Positions 29,740-39,389 of a DNA stretch of 64,000 nt are shown one piece after another. The DNA lies in contig CBDANF010000003.1 of assembly GCA_965197475.1 (NCBI GenBank), positions 96,001 to 160,000 on the forward strand, given 5' to 3'. The first letter of the stretch is position 1; each line of letters opens with the position of its first letter. The DNA is from Candidatus Poribacteria bacterium (GTDB lineage Bacteria > Poribacteria > WGA-4E > WGA-3G). Below the pieces are notes generated by a model. The model saw only the letters and a program-made list of their open reading frames with translations, searched no databases and was not told where the DNA came from. The position numbers and the translations under genes were made by a program.

Positions 29740-30495
29740 ATGCAAAAGAAAATAAAATCACCCATTTGGCAGTCCTATAAACAACATATTATAACCTGCG
29801 TATTAGTAATGGTAGCTTTAACCTTTTCTGCTTGCGGTAAAAAGGTCGCGCGCGTTTCCATTCCAATTAAAGTGCAATCCGAAATTGACATTAATACGTA
29901 TTCAAACTTTGCCGTTCTGCCTTTTGTCAGTGAAAAAAGTTCTACAAAATTAAACGAAATACCCGCTGAAATAGGAAGCGAAATTGCTGATATCCTGAGA
30001 AGCGGTTTAACACGTCGAAAACATTTTGAGGTTGTTGATAAACAAGAAACAGCACGATTAATGACCGGAGAAGATGTAACCGAAGAATGGCTTACCGATA
30101 CAGAACACTTGAGTGAGTTAGGTCAATACTTTGAAGTAAAAGGTATCATTGTCGGAAGTTACCGATTCTACACAGATACCCGACCAAGACGTTACTATGG
30201 TGAACGATACTCAGTCCGTCAACAACGTTATATCATGGACTATCAGGACTATATGCAGAAAACCTATCTGCTTTCACTCAGAGTGATGATAATAGACATT
30301 GATACCGAAAAAATAATCTGGGATGAAACATATCAGCAAAGCACCGCAGAAGCACATTCTATCGGTTCCTTCGTCTTTTCGCAGATGGTACCGAAAGAAA
30401 CAACGCTAAGAGAACTCAGCAAACGAGCACTCTCCCAATTTACACGCGATATCTCACCCCACTATGAACAAGAGGACCGATTCCTGATGAGGTAG
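29740..30495 (+). CDS. Lipoprotein with CsgG/TolB-N-like alpha/beta domain
   Basis: Lipobox FSAC, with FAVLPF, FEVVDK, GIIVGS and IDIDTEKIIW typical of the CsgG/FlgO-like fold. Start placed at ATG 29740. Confidence 0.6.
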   Translation: MQKKIKSPIWQSYKQHIITCVLVMVALTFSACGKKVARVSIPIKVQSEIDINTYSNFAVLPFVSEKSSTKLNEIPAEIGSEIADILRSGLTRRKHFEVVDKQETARLMTGEDVTEEWLTDTEHLSELGQYFEVKGIIVGSYRFYTDTRPRRYYGERYSVRQQRYIMDYQDYMQKTYLLSLRVMIIDIDTEKIIWDETYQQSTAEAHSIGSFVFSQMVPKETTLRELSKRALSQFTRDISPHYEQEDRFLMR

Positions 30496-30607
30496 TCACC
30501 CTCCAAGAATGACAGTTTAGATTTTTACGCTGACATCTTCCTGAAAACCTACAATCCTAAAGTTGAAATTTGCGATGAAAACGATCACATCACATAAAAG
30601 GAAACCG

Positions 30608-33520
30608 ATGCAAACTCTAAAAAAAATCGCAGCAAAAAATATCTTCACCAATGTCAAAATCATGTGCTTTTTCCTCTGTTTTGGTCTAACAATGCTTATT
30701 TCGTCAAGCGTTTTGGCACAAGGTTTCGGGAAAAACAAGATTACCGCGCAACGTTTTGATTGGCACGTTCATCGCACCGAACACTTCGATATCCACTACT
30801 ACCCAAGCGAAGCAAAACTTGTTCCCGTGATGGCAGCCATCGCCGAAGAAGCTTATGAGAAACATAGTGAAGATTTCGAACACGAAATTAAAGGAAGAAC
30901 CCCACTTATTCTTTACAAATCACATAAGGATTTTCAAGAAACTAATATCATCCTTCAGGAGCTGCATGAAGGTATTGGAGGCTTCGCAGAACTCTTCAAA
31001 CATCGCGTTGTTATTCCCTTTACTGGATCACTTGAAGCTTTTCGCGAGGTCATTTTTCATGAACTCATCCACATCTTTCAATATGATATTCTCTATCAAA
31101 AACCCCATGCAAGTATCTATAGCGGAGAGTTTCTCTATTCTCCACCTATATGGTTTATGGAAGGAATGGCGGATTACTTCGCTGAGGATAATGACGCTAT
31201 CGGTGAAATGGTGTTGAGAGATGCAAGCATCAACAACAACATCGTACCTTTAACAGAATTACAAAACTTTAATCGTCTGAGTTCACCTTACATCGGATAT
31301 AAAATGGGACAGTTGGCTGTTGGTTATCTCGTCCAGACGTATGGACAGGAAAAAATCGCTGAGATTCTACGAGGTTTACGCCAAAGCAGAACTAAAAATT
31401 TAGACTTAGTCTTTCAGAACGTCTTGGGAGTCAGTCTCAAAGAATTCGATACAGACTATCAGCAGATGATGCGGAAACGTTACTGGCCCCTGATAGAGGA
31501 CAAGGAATTGCCCAACATCGCTGCAAGGAAACTTACCGAAAAAGCCAGATTTTCACACAATATCAAACCTATATGGTCACCGAGCGGCGATATTATCGCC
31601 TATATTACCGGCAATGACGGGTTTTTAGAAATTATCCTCATGTCTGCCAAAACCGGTGAACATCTGGACCGGATAACAAAACGTTTTTTCCGTAATAAGT
31701 ACGAAGAAATCCGCACCGATTCCAGTGGGTTCGACAGAAGCCTTGCTTGGGCACCTGATGGCGACCATATCGCCTTCATCGGCAAATACCACCACACAAA
31801 TTATCTCTTTGAAGTCAATATCCTTACGCATAAATTGACACATTACGTTAAGCTTGATTTTGATACTGCGACTTCACCTAATTATGATGGTTCCGGTAAA
31901 CGCATCGTTTTTTCTGCCTTACAGGAAGGGCAAACAGACCTTTACATTATTGAACTTGAGTCAGAGACGATCAACCAATTAACCCGAGACCCCTTTAATG
32001 ATACCCATCCGTCTTGGCATCCAACAAAAAATACAATTGTTTACGCCTCAGAACGAGAACGCAAAAATAGACTTATCTTAATTGATATTGATCAACGAAC
32101 ACAACAGATACTCACAGATAGCACCTCAAATGCTATTAGTCCAATATGGATGTCTGGCGGTGAATCAGTGCTGTTTTGCGGTGATCGCACCGGAGTGTTT
32201 GACGCATATAAACTCCATATCACGGACATGGAGATGACACGTCTTACGAACCTTATAACAGGTTGTTTCAACCCCAGCCTGTCGCCTGATGAAAAGAAGC
32301 TTCTGTTTAGTGCATATCAAAATGGGAAATATGATATCTGTGTTATGGAATCAGAAAATATAATCAACGAGAAAGTTGAAACCCCTCCGTTAGAGACTCA
32401 AGCAGTTCCTATCCTTTTAGATTCTGATATCCCTGAACCAAACTATAGGATCGCTAAACGAAAGTACAGCACAAGGTCTTCTTTCCGTTTTGACGCGATT
32501 TTCCCGCAATTTAGTTACGGTGCAGATGGACTACTCCGCAGCCAAATCCAAATGAGCGCGAGCGATATGTTAGGAAATCATCGTGTCGAAGTGAGCGTAA
32601 TTAATCAGTCTGGTGGATACCTCATCCCCGATTTTATTGCACAGTACGGGTTTTTGACGCATCGTGCCGATGTTGGTGCGGTGGTTTACAACTACCATCA
32701 ATACCATATCCTCGGTTCAATCCGCAATCAACGCGGAATTTTACAACGCGTTACAGGGGCAGGCGGCTTCCTGAGTTATCCTTTTGATCGGTATCACCGA
32801 TTAGACCTTCAACTTTCAATGTATTCAACGCCATTTTCCTATAATTTTCAGACAAGCGAGCCTTTTAACTACAATGATCGTGGGTTTCTTTCTCTCGGTT
32901 CCATCGCTTTTGTCGGTGATAACACAATGTGGCGAGAGTGGGATCCATATAGAGGGACGCGTTACCGTTTTGAAATTGAGCGTTCATTCCCGGCTCTTGG
33001 AAGCCAATTAGCTCTTACAAATGCCATCTTCGATTTCCGTAATTATTTCGGCTTAGGAAGACGCACCACTATTGCCACCCGGCTGTTACTTGGTGGTAGT
33101 TTTGGTATTGACAAGTCCCTCTTTTATCTCGGTGGAATTGATACACTTCGCGGTTATAATTACGAAGACCTTGTTGGGTCTCGTATCGGACTGTTCAACG
33201 TTGAGCTACGCATCCCTTTCATAGATGTTCTGTATTTCGGATGGCCAATCCGTTGGTCAATCGGTGGCATTGGTGGCATCCTTTTTGCAGATTTTGGCGG
33301 CATTTGGAACGATCAGATATACGGTCCCGATAACCCTTTCCAGACACTTCGGCGCGATGGCAACCGCATCCGCCTTGTAGATGTAAAAGGATCAGTAGGT
33401 GTTGGACTCAGATTACGGCTCGGCCTGTTCTCTTTAGATTTTGCCGCTGCACGCCACACTGATTTAGCAAGCATCAAACCAGGATTCAAATATCACTTTG
33501 GTTTAGGACAAGCGTTTTAG
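30608..33520 (+). CDS. Omp85/BamA-TamA family outer membrane protein with N-terminal HExxH peptidase-like domain and PD40 propeller
   Basis: Signal peptide, HELIH plus WFMEGMADY, WSPSG/WAPDG/SPDE repeats, FYLGG..TLRGY barrel motif and terminal F (FGLGQAF). Confidence 0.85.
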   Translation: MQTLKKIAAKNIFTNVKIMCFFLCFGLTMLISSSVLAQGFGKNKITAQRFDWHVHRTEHFDIHYYPSEAKLVPVMAAIAEEAYEKHSEDFEHEIKGRTPLILYKSHKDFQETNIILQELHEGIGGFAELFKHRVVIPFTGSLEAFREVIFHELIHIFQYDILYQKPHASIYSGEFLYSPPIWFMEGMADYFAEDNDAIGEMVLRDASINNNIVPLTELQNFNRLSSPYIGYKMGQLAVGYLVQTYGQEKIAEILRGLRQSRTKNLDLVFQNVLGVSLKEFDTDYQQMMRKRYWPLIEDKELPNIAARKLTEKARFSHNIKPIWSPSGDIIAYITGNDGFLEIILMSAKTGEHLDRITKRFFRNKYEEIRTDSSGFDRSLAWAPDGDHIAFIGKYHHTNYLFEVNILTHKLTHYVKLDFDTATSPNYDGSGKRIVFSALQEGQTDLYIIELESETINQLTRDPFNDTHPSWHPTKNTIVYASERERKNRLILIDIDQRTQQILTDSTSNAISPIWMSGGESVLFCGDRTGVFDAYKLHITDMEMTRLTNLITGCFNPSLSPDEKKLLFSAYQNGKYDICVMESENIINEKVETPPLETQAVPILLDSDIPEPNYRIAKRKYSTRSSFRFDAIFPQFSYGADGLLRSQIQMSASDMLGNHRVEVSVINQSGGYLIPDFIAQYGFLTHRADVGAVVYNYHQYHILGSIRNQRGILQRVTGAGGFLSYPFDRYHRLDLQLSMYSTPFSYNFQTSEPFNYNDRGFLSLGSIAFVGDNTMWREWDPYRGTRYRFEIERSFPALGSQLALTNAIFDFRNYFGLGRRTTIATRLLLGGSFGIDKSLFYLGGIDTLRGYNYEDLVGSRIGLFNVELRIPFIDVLYFGWPIRWSIGGIGGILFADFGGIWNDQIYGPDNPFQTLRRDGNRIRLVDVKGSVGVGLRLRLGLFSLDFAAARHTDLASIKPGFKYHFGLGQAF

Positions 33521-33606
33521 TTGGCTTATTTCGATTATGCTTGTTAGGTCTAAACAGAATATAGGAGATACGTCTTAAAAAGACATAATCCAGACAAGGA
33601 GAAAAA

Positions 33607-36600
33607 ATGGAATCACGGATCAAACGTTTAATTATTACCATAGTAATTTTAGGAGTTCTCGGTGGCATTTTTGCTGCTTGGGTCAACATATACCCCGATT
33701 TTTTATGGTTTGGGATGGTGAAATATCTCAACGTTTACACCAAAATTCTTACAACGAAAATCATGGTTGGTGTAATCGTTGGCGTTGTTTACCTCACAAT
33801 CCTCTTGGCAAATATCTTCATAATCTATCGGTTCACACCAGCACATCTCAGTCCCGCCTTCATGGGAGGCACTGATTTCACTGGTGGACAAACCAATACC
33901 CGAAAGATGATTTACGGAGGACTCACCCTGCTCGCAGTCCTCTTTAGCATTTTAATGGGTTATTCTGCAACTGATCGATGGGAAATCTATCTGCGATATA
34001 CCCACGCTGATGAATTGAACTTCCGATCTGCTACACCTATTGTTGTAGAAAACAGCATTAATTCAACCGAAATTCCTGTCTCTACGTTAGAATTAACAGC
34101 GAAAAAAATTCGAGCCGGTGATGAGATAAACGTTTACGTTGATGGAAACGAGCAAATCGCAAAAGTTGAAGATATATTAACCGAAGGAGGATCTCAAAAC
34201 GGTCTACGTTTGAACACAACGGTTCAGATAGAGTCCGGACAAAGAGCGTATTTCACCTCCCTTGCACGAGACCCAATTTTTGATAAGGATGTGTCCTATT
34301 ACATTTTCAAAATGCCGATGTTGCGCTATATATGCGGCACGTTCTTCGGTATTTTCTTGCTGGTTACAATCTTCGCAACTATCATCTACTTTTTCCACGG
34401 ATTGATAACGGGTGACACAAACCAACTTCACTTTCAACCCCCTTTCCGGGTGAAAGCGCACCTATTCTCTCTCGTAGGGTTGACCCTTCTCTTTCGCGCT
34501 TGGAATTACCGCTTTGCCATGTTTGACCTGCTTTATGCAACAAACGATGTTGTCCGGGGCGGTGGTGGATACGCCGCAATGAAGGCACGTCTCCCTATCC
34601 TATGGATTTTGCTGGGACTCACCGCTTTGTGTGCTATTATCTTCATCGTTAGCATCTTTTTGCGGCGCCACGTGTTCGCTTTTGGTGCGTTCGCTGTGTT
34701 CATAATTGCCGGATTTGTCGGGCAATTGTACCCTCAAATAATACAAAGATGGCGGGTTGAACCGAGAAAACAGGTTTTAGAGGCAGATTATATCAACTAC
34801 AACATCAAAGCGACACTTCAAGCTTACGGTTTAGCTGAAAATAAGGTAATGGAAGAGGAATACCCTCTGAAAGAAGAAATCAGTTACGATGACATCACGA
34901 GTCAAGAAAACGCGCCTGTTTTCAATAACATACGTCTCTGGGATTGGCGACCCTTACGGAGAACATTCCGCCAACTACAAGAATTACGATCACAATACGA
35001 CTTTTTCGATGTTGATATTGATCGGTATATCGTTAATGATGAAATCAGACAAGTAATGCTATCCGGACGGGAACTTAATATCAATGAGCTCCCTGCAGAA
35101 ATCAGGAATGATTGGTATAAGCAAACCTATGTCTATACTCACGGATACGGTGCTGTTGCTAGTCCTGTGAATGAAATTGATAAAGGTAAACCAAACATGT
35201 ACATGCAGGAGCTGTCCCCCATTCAATACCAAGAACAGTGGCCACACCGGTTTAGCGAAACACCAGGACCCCGTATCTATTACGGAGAGCGTACTGATCG
35301 ATATGTCATTGTACACCCTGATCGGACACAAGCTCTTGAATTTGATTATCCAATAGAAGGGCAACAATACGCTGAATATGCCTATCAGGGAGAAGGGGGC
35401 GTACTATTAAACTCATTTTGGCGAAAATTAGTGTATATGCTCAAATATGATAACCAGATTAACTTCATCTTGCCCGGTGAAATTTCATCTACAAGTAAGA
35501 TACTCTACGATCGAAATATCAAAAGACGTATTCAAAAAATCGCTCCTTTTTTGCGATACGACGGCGATCCCTACATCGTGCTCCATAACGGCCGGCTGGT
35601 TTGGCTGATTGATGCTTATACCATTACTCATCGCTATCCATATTCTGTCTCTATGAAAGAATTCGTTGGAGATAGAAGAAGACAGATTTCAAGTACACAA
35701 CGAGATGGTGAACCGTGGGGTAATTACATCCGAAATTCTGTTAAAGTCCTCGTCGACGCTTACGATGGCACCGTCGATTTCTACATTGTGGAACGGGAGA
35801 AAGACCCAATTGCAGAATGTTATCGAAAAATATTCCCAGACCTATTCAAACCTTTTGAGGATATGCCCACTGAACTAAAAACGCATATACGTTATCCAAC
35901 ATCAATGTTCCTCATCCAAGCGCGAGTCTATCAAGATTATCACATGAAAGACCCAATAACCTTTTATGCTGGCGAAGATAAATGGGAAATTGGTATGGAA
36001 CTTTATGACAACACAGATGCGCAAACGCGGCAAACACCGACTGCACAGCAAAGACCATCTTTTGTACCACAACAGCAGACAGTCCAAAGCTCCGGGGGAA
36101 ATGGACAACCAGTTGAACCATACTATGTCGTTATCAGGTTACCGGGACAGGAAAAAGCCGAATTCATATTGATGTTGCCCTTTACACCACTCAACAAACC
36201 GAATCTCACTGCTTGGCTCTCCGCACGATGTGATCTACCGCAATATGGGCAGCTTCTTGTCTACCGCTTCCCGAAAGGAAAACAGGTAGCAGGTCCAATG
36301 CAGGTGGAAAACTTTATCAGCCAAGAACCGGAGATTTCACAACAGATAAGCCTCTGGAATACGCAAGGTTCTCGTGTCTTACGAGGGAATCTGTTGATCC
36401 TCCCAATGAACAACTCCCTGCTTTATGTTGAACCGATCTACATCCAGTCTGAAGATGAAAAAACCGCAATTCCTGAATTGCGACGTGTCGTCATCGGGTA
36501 TGAGAATCAGGTCGTTTGGGGTGAAAGCCTCAACGAAGCACTCATCAAGATGTTCGGAAAAAGCACAGGACTACAAGAATCGTCTACAGTGACCACATCT

Positions 36601-36777
36601 GAGGCAACTGAAATTTCTGCGGGGGATACATCGTTGCGTGCCCTAATTGAACAAGCAAATAGCTACTATAATGGTGCGCAAAACGCACAACGTAACGGCA
36701 ACTGGACAGAATACGGACGCAATATTGAACTCTTAGAAAAAGCATTGAAACAACTTGAAGAAAACACTCAAGAGTAA
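33607..36777 (+). CDS. UPF0182 family membrane protein
   Basis: DFLWF, DPIF.KD, NIRLWD, YTHGYG, PRIYYGE, NYIRNSVK..VDAYDG and LYVEPIY motifs. Confidence 0.92.
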   Translation: MESRIKRLIITIVILGVLGGIFAAWVNIYPDFLWFGMVKYLNVYTKILTTKIMVGVIVGVVYLTILLANIFIIYRFTPAHLSPAFMGGTDFTGGQTNTRKMIYGGLTLLAVLFSILMGYSATDRWEIYLRYTHADELNFRSATPIVVENSINSTEIPVSTLELTAKKIRAGDEINVYVDGNEQIAKVEDILTEGGSQNGLRLNTTVQIESGQRAYFTSLARDPIFDKDVSYYIFKMPMLRYICGTFFGIFLLVTIFATIIYFFHGLITGDTNQLHFQPPFRVKAHLFSLVGLTLLFRAWNYRFAMFDLLYATNDVVRGGGGYAAMKARLPILWILLGLTALCAIIFIVSIFLRRHVFAFGAFAVFIIAGFVGQLYPQIIQRWRVEPRKQVLEADYINYNIKATLQAYGLAENKVMEEEYPLKEEISYDDITSQENAPVFNNIRLWDWRPLRRTFRQLQELRSQYDFFDVDIDRYIVNDEIRQVMLSGRELNINELPAEIRNDWYKQTYVYTHGYGAVASPVNEIDKGKPNMYMQELSPIQYQEQWPHRFSETPGPRIYYGERTDRYVIVHPDRTQALEFDYPIEGQQYAEYAYQGEGGVLLNSFWRKLVYMLKYDNQINFILPGEISSTSKILYDRNIKRRIQKIAPFLRYDGDPYIVLHNGRLVWLIDAYTITHRYPYSVSMKEFVGDRRRQISSTQRDGEPWGNYIRNSVKVLVDAYDGTVDFYIVEREKDPIAECYRKIFPDLFKPFEDMPTELKTHIRYPTSMFLIQARVYQDYHMKDPITFYAGEDKWEIGMELYDNTDAQTRQTPTAQQRPSFVPQQQTVQSSGGNGQPVEPYYVVIRLPGQEKAEFILMLPFTPLNKPNLTAWLSARCDLPQYGQLLVYRFPKGKQVAGPMQVENFISQEPEISQQISLWNTQGSRVLRGNLLILPMNNSLLYVEPIYIQSEDEKTAIPELRRVVIGYENQVVWGESLNEALIKMFGKSTGLQESSTVTTSEATEISAGDTSLRALIEQANSYYNGAQNAQRNGNWTEYGRNIELLEKALKQLEENTQE

Positions 36778-36840
36778 TCAACGAATTTTCAATAAGACTT
36801 TTACAAACCGATATAATTATACAGAAGGAGGTGAAAACAG

Positions 36841-37086
36841 ATGTCTCTCGATTGGAAACCGCGTCACAGGGATATGATTATCGGCGGCATTCCTTGGTTA
36901 GCCAGAATTTCCGACAAAGCTAACGCGAAACTGCAAGGCATCATCGGTGAATACATATACCCGTGACCACAGGACAAAATGTTCCTGGAGGAACACAAGA
37001 TATCTGCTGAGGATTTTGTTGAAATGGTGAAAAACAATCCCTCAGATGACGAGATGATTGCTGCTGTGAAAAAATTAAACAGTTAA
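36841..37086 (+). CDS. DUF5069-like small protein, putative selenoprotein (in-frame TGA at codon 42)
   Basis: AAGGAGGTG RBS. Translation MSLDWKPRHRDMIIGGIPWLARISDKANAKLQGIIGEYIYP-U-PQDKMFLEEHKISAEDFVEMVKNNPSDDEMIAAVKKLNS*. Hairpin at 36980-36995. Confidence 0.75.
36980..36995 (+). promoter_or_regulatory. Putative bacterial SECIS hairpin
   Basis: TGTTCC-TGGA-GGAACA, with 19 nt between the TGA (36964-36966) and the loop. Confidence 0.55.
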
Positions 37087-37150
37087 CACCGTTTTATATG
37101 CAGTGTTAGAACATTTATAGTATATTTTACAAATTCAGTACACCTTGACT

Positions 37151-37211
37151 GGCGCGCTTACAAAGCGCGCCTACTTGTGAATGTCCGAGGCGCAATGAAT
37201 TGCGCGACTAC
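37151..37211. repeat. Two GTAG-type REP hairpins
   Basis: GGCGCGCTTACAAAGCGCGCCTAC and GCGCAATGAATTGCGCGACTAC. The first family also occurs at 61689, 1114, 4307 and 28568. Confidence 0.65.
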
Positions 37212-37250
37212 AAACGCTGCAAATCCCAAGAAAAATATTTACTTATTGCG

Positions 37251-38161
37251 ATTATATTTAGGTATACTAAAAGTGGAAAAGTTACTTTTAACGTAAATAA
37301 TGTTAGAATTCCATATTCAGAGTCTGTAATGGACTCTTCAGAAAGCCGCTACGATAAGTCATATCGTAGCAATAAAGTGTATTCAGGATATAAGCCAAAT
37401 AAATTAGGAAAACATCCTGAAGATTGGTGGACTATACAACCGCTTATGCCTTCAGATAAAAAAGAACGTACAGGTTATCCAACACAAAAGCCGATTGCCT
37501 TACTTGAACACATAGTCAATGCGTCCTCTAATCCTGATGACTTAGTGTTAGATCCGTTCTGTGGTTGTGGGACTACGTTAATGGCGGCTCAAAGGCTGAG
37601 TCGTCAATGGGTAGGCATAGACCTAACCTATCTTGCTATAGGTGCTGTGAAGCAGCAGATAGAGAAGTTGTTTCCAAGTATCCGTGATGCCATTATTATC
37701 ACTGGCACACCTGAGAACGGTTTTCAAGCGTTAGACCTTGCGCGTAGTGATCCGCAAGGATTTGAGGGGTGGAGTATCACGCATGTGCTACACTTTAGAT
37801 CTAATGTAAAGAAGGTATCCGATGGCAGTATAGACGGTATGTTACGTTTTTCGTTGGGACGTATTAAAGTAAAGGCAAGCAAGCGTATGGCAAAGCGGTA
37901 GCACAAGTGAAGGGCGGTTGGTATACACTGGGTCATGTCCGTGATTTTAGGACTGCGATGCAGAATGAAAATGCGGATATAGGTGTCTTTGTTGCGACAA
38001 CACCACCAACGCGTGAAATGGAGAGAGAAATTGCACGCGCGGGCACCTATAGTCATCCCAGTTACGAGTTTACAATTCCAAGTTTGCAACATTACCAGAT
38101 ACAGGATTATTTCAAAGGCATATTGCCAAAACTGCCTTATGCTGAAAGGAATATACTGTAA
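37251..38161 (+). pseudogene. 5'-truncated duplicate of the DNA methyltransferase/endonuclease-domain gene
   Basis: Nearly identical to 39904-40810. Lacks the DPPF half and shares the frameshift near 37870. Confidence 0.85.
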
Positions 38162-38215
38162 AGAAAATGCGGGGATTTTTCGCCGCATATAACAAATTTC
38201 TAGGAGGATAACAAA

Positions 38216-39184
38216 ATGAAACGTATCTTTACGTTGTTTGGCGTAACGTTACTGTTCAATCTACTTCTACTTGTCATAAATGCTTGGGGAGAGCAGTATA
38301 TTGCCTTCCATTCTAATCGGACAGGGAATTTTGATATCTACATTATTGATAGAAACGGCGAGAATCTACGCAATCTGACAAATCATCCCGCCAGCGACGT
38401 TGCCCCAACTTGGGCACCGGATGGGCACTCTTTGGCTTTTCAGTCAACCCGTGATGGAAATCCGGAAATTTATATTATGGACATCAACAGTAATCAAGTA
38501 CGTCGATTGACAAACCATCCGAGATGGGATCTGACTCCTACTTGGTCACCTGATGGAAATTGGATCGCTTTCGTATCCGATAGAAATGGAACATCTCATG
38601 TCTATAAAATAGACATCAACGGCAAGAATCTACGGCAACTTACTATCGCTGGAAAGTATAATCTTCAGCCAGCGTGGCATCCAGACGGACAATCAATTTT
38701 TTTCGCGCGTCCCACTGTAGGTTTTGAAGGCCAGATTTTTAAAATGGACACAAATGGATTCGATACTAGAGGATTTATAAGTTTCCCTCAAGCGGAACCT
38801 GGATCTCCCGCTTGGGCACCTGATGGAAAACAGATTGCCTATACTAGTAATATTGGGGGACGTAGTATCTACATTGCGGATGCAAAGGGGAAAAACCCTC
38901 GACTCGTGTCACCTGTTGATAATTATTGGAGCAACGCGCCTACATGGTCCCCAGATGCTAAGTGGATTGCATATTACGCGACAATTGAATTTCCTGCGGA
39001 TAATCCGAATGCAACTGAAGATATTTATATTTGCTCTGTTAATGGGGGCAAACCGCAGCGAATCACTCAACATCTGGGAGATGATGGTTATCCCGCATGG
39101 GCCCCCGAAGGTTTTTTCTCTGTTAATCCAACAGCAAACACCCAGGCGATACTTTGGGGACAGTTGAAGCAAACTGATTTTTAA
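38216..39184 (+). CDS. Secreted TolB-like PD40 repeat protein
   Basis: Signal peptide, six PxW(A/S/H)PD repeats and C-terminal SVNP...LWGQLK. AGGAGG RBS. Confidence 0.9.
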   Translation: MKRIFTLFGVTLLFNLLLLVINAWGEQYIAFHSNRTGNFDIYIIDRNGENLRNLTNHPASDVAPTWAPDGHSLAFQSTRDGNPEIYIMDINSNQVRRLTNHPRWDLTPTWSPDGNWIAFVSDRNGTSHVYKIDINGKNLRQLTIAGKYNLQPAWHPDGQSIFFARPTVGFEGQIFKMDTNGFDTRGFISFPQAEPGSPAWAPDGKQIAYTSNIGGRSIYIADAKGKNPRLVSPVDNYWSNAPTWSPDAKWIAYYATIEFPADNPNATEDIYICSVNGGKPQRITQHLGDDGYPAWAPEGFFSVNPTANTQAILWGQLKQTDF

Positions 39185-39389
39185 TCTGATGCATCTTCAA
39201 TTTTCTCTGAAGTTTGAATATGCGATATCGGTTGAGTATGCAAGGTAGAGATATGTTCTAAATGATTCTGTTTAGACAGAACGTGATACCATGTACGTCT
39301 TTATTCTTTCCACAAACACCACCACGTTGTATAGAGAAGCACACAAAGGAGTTTATATTTGACAGAGTTGTAAAAAAGGAGATCATCAA

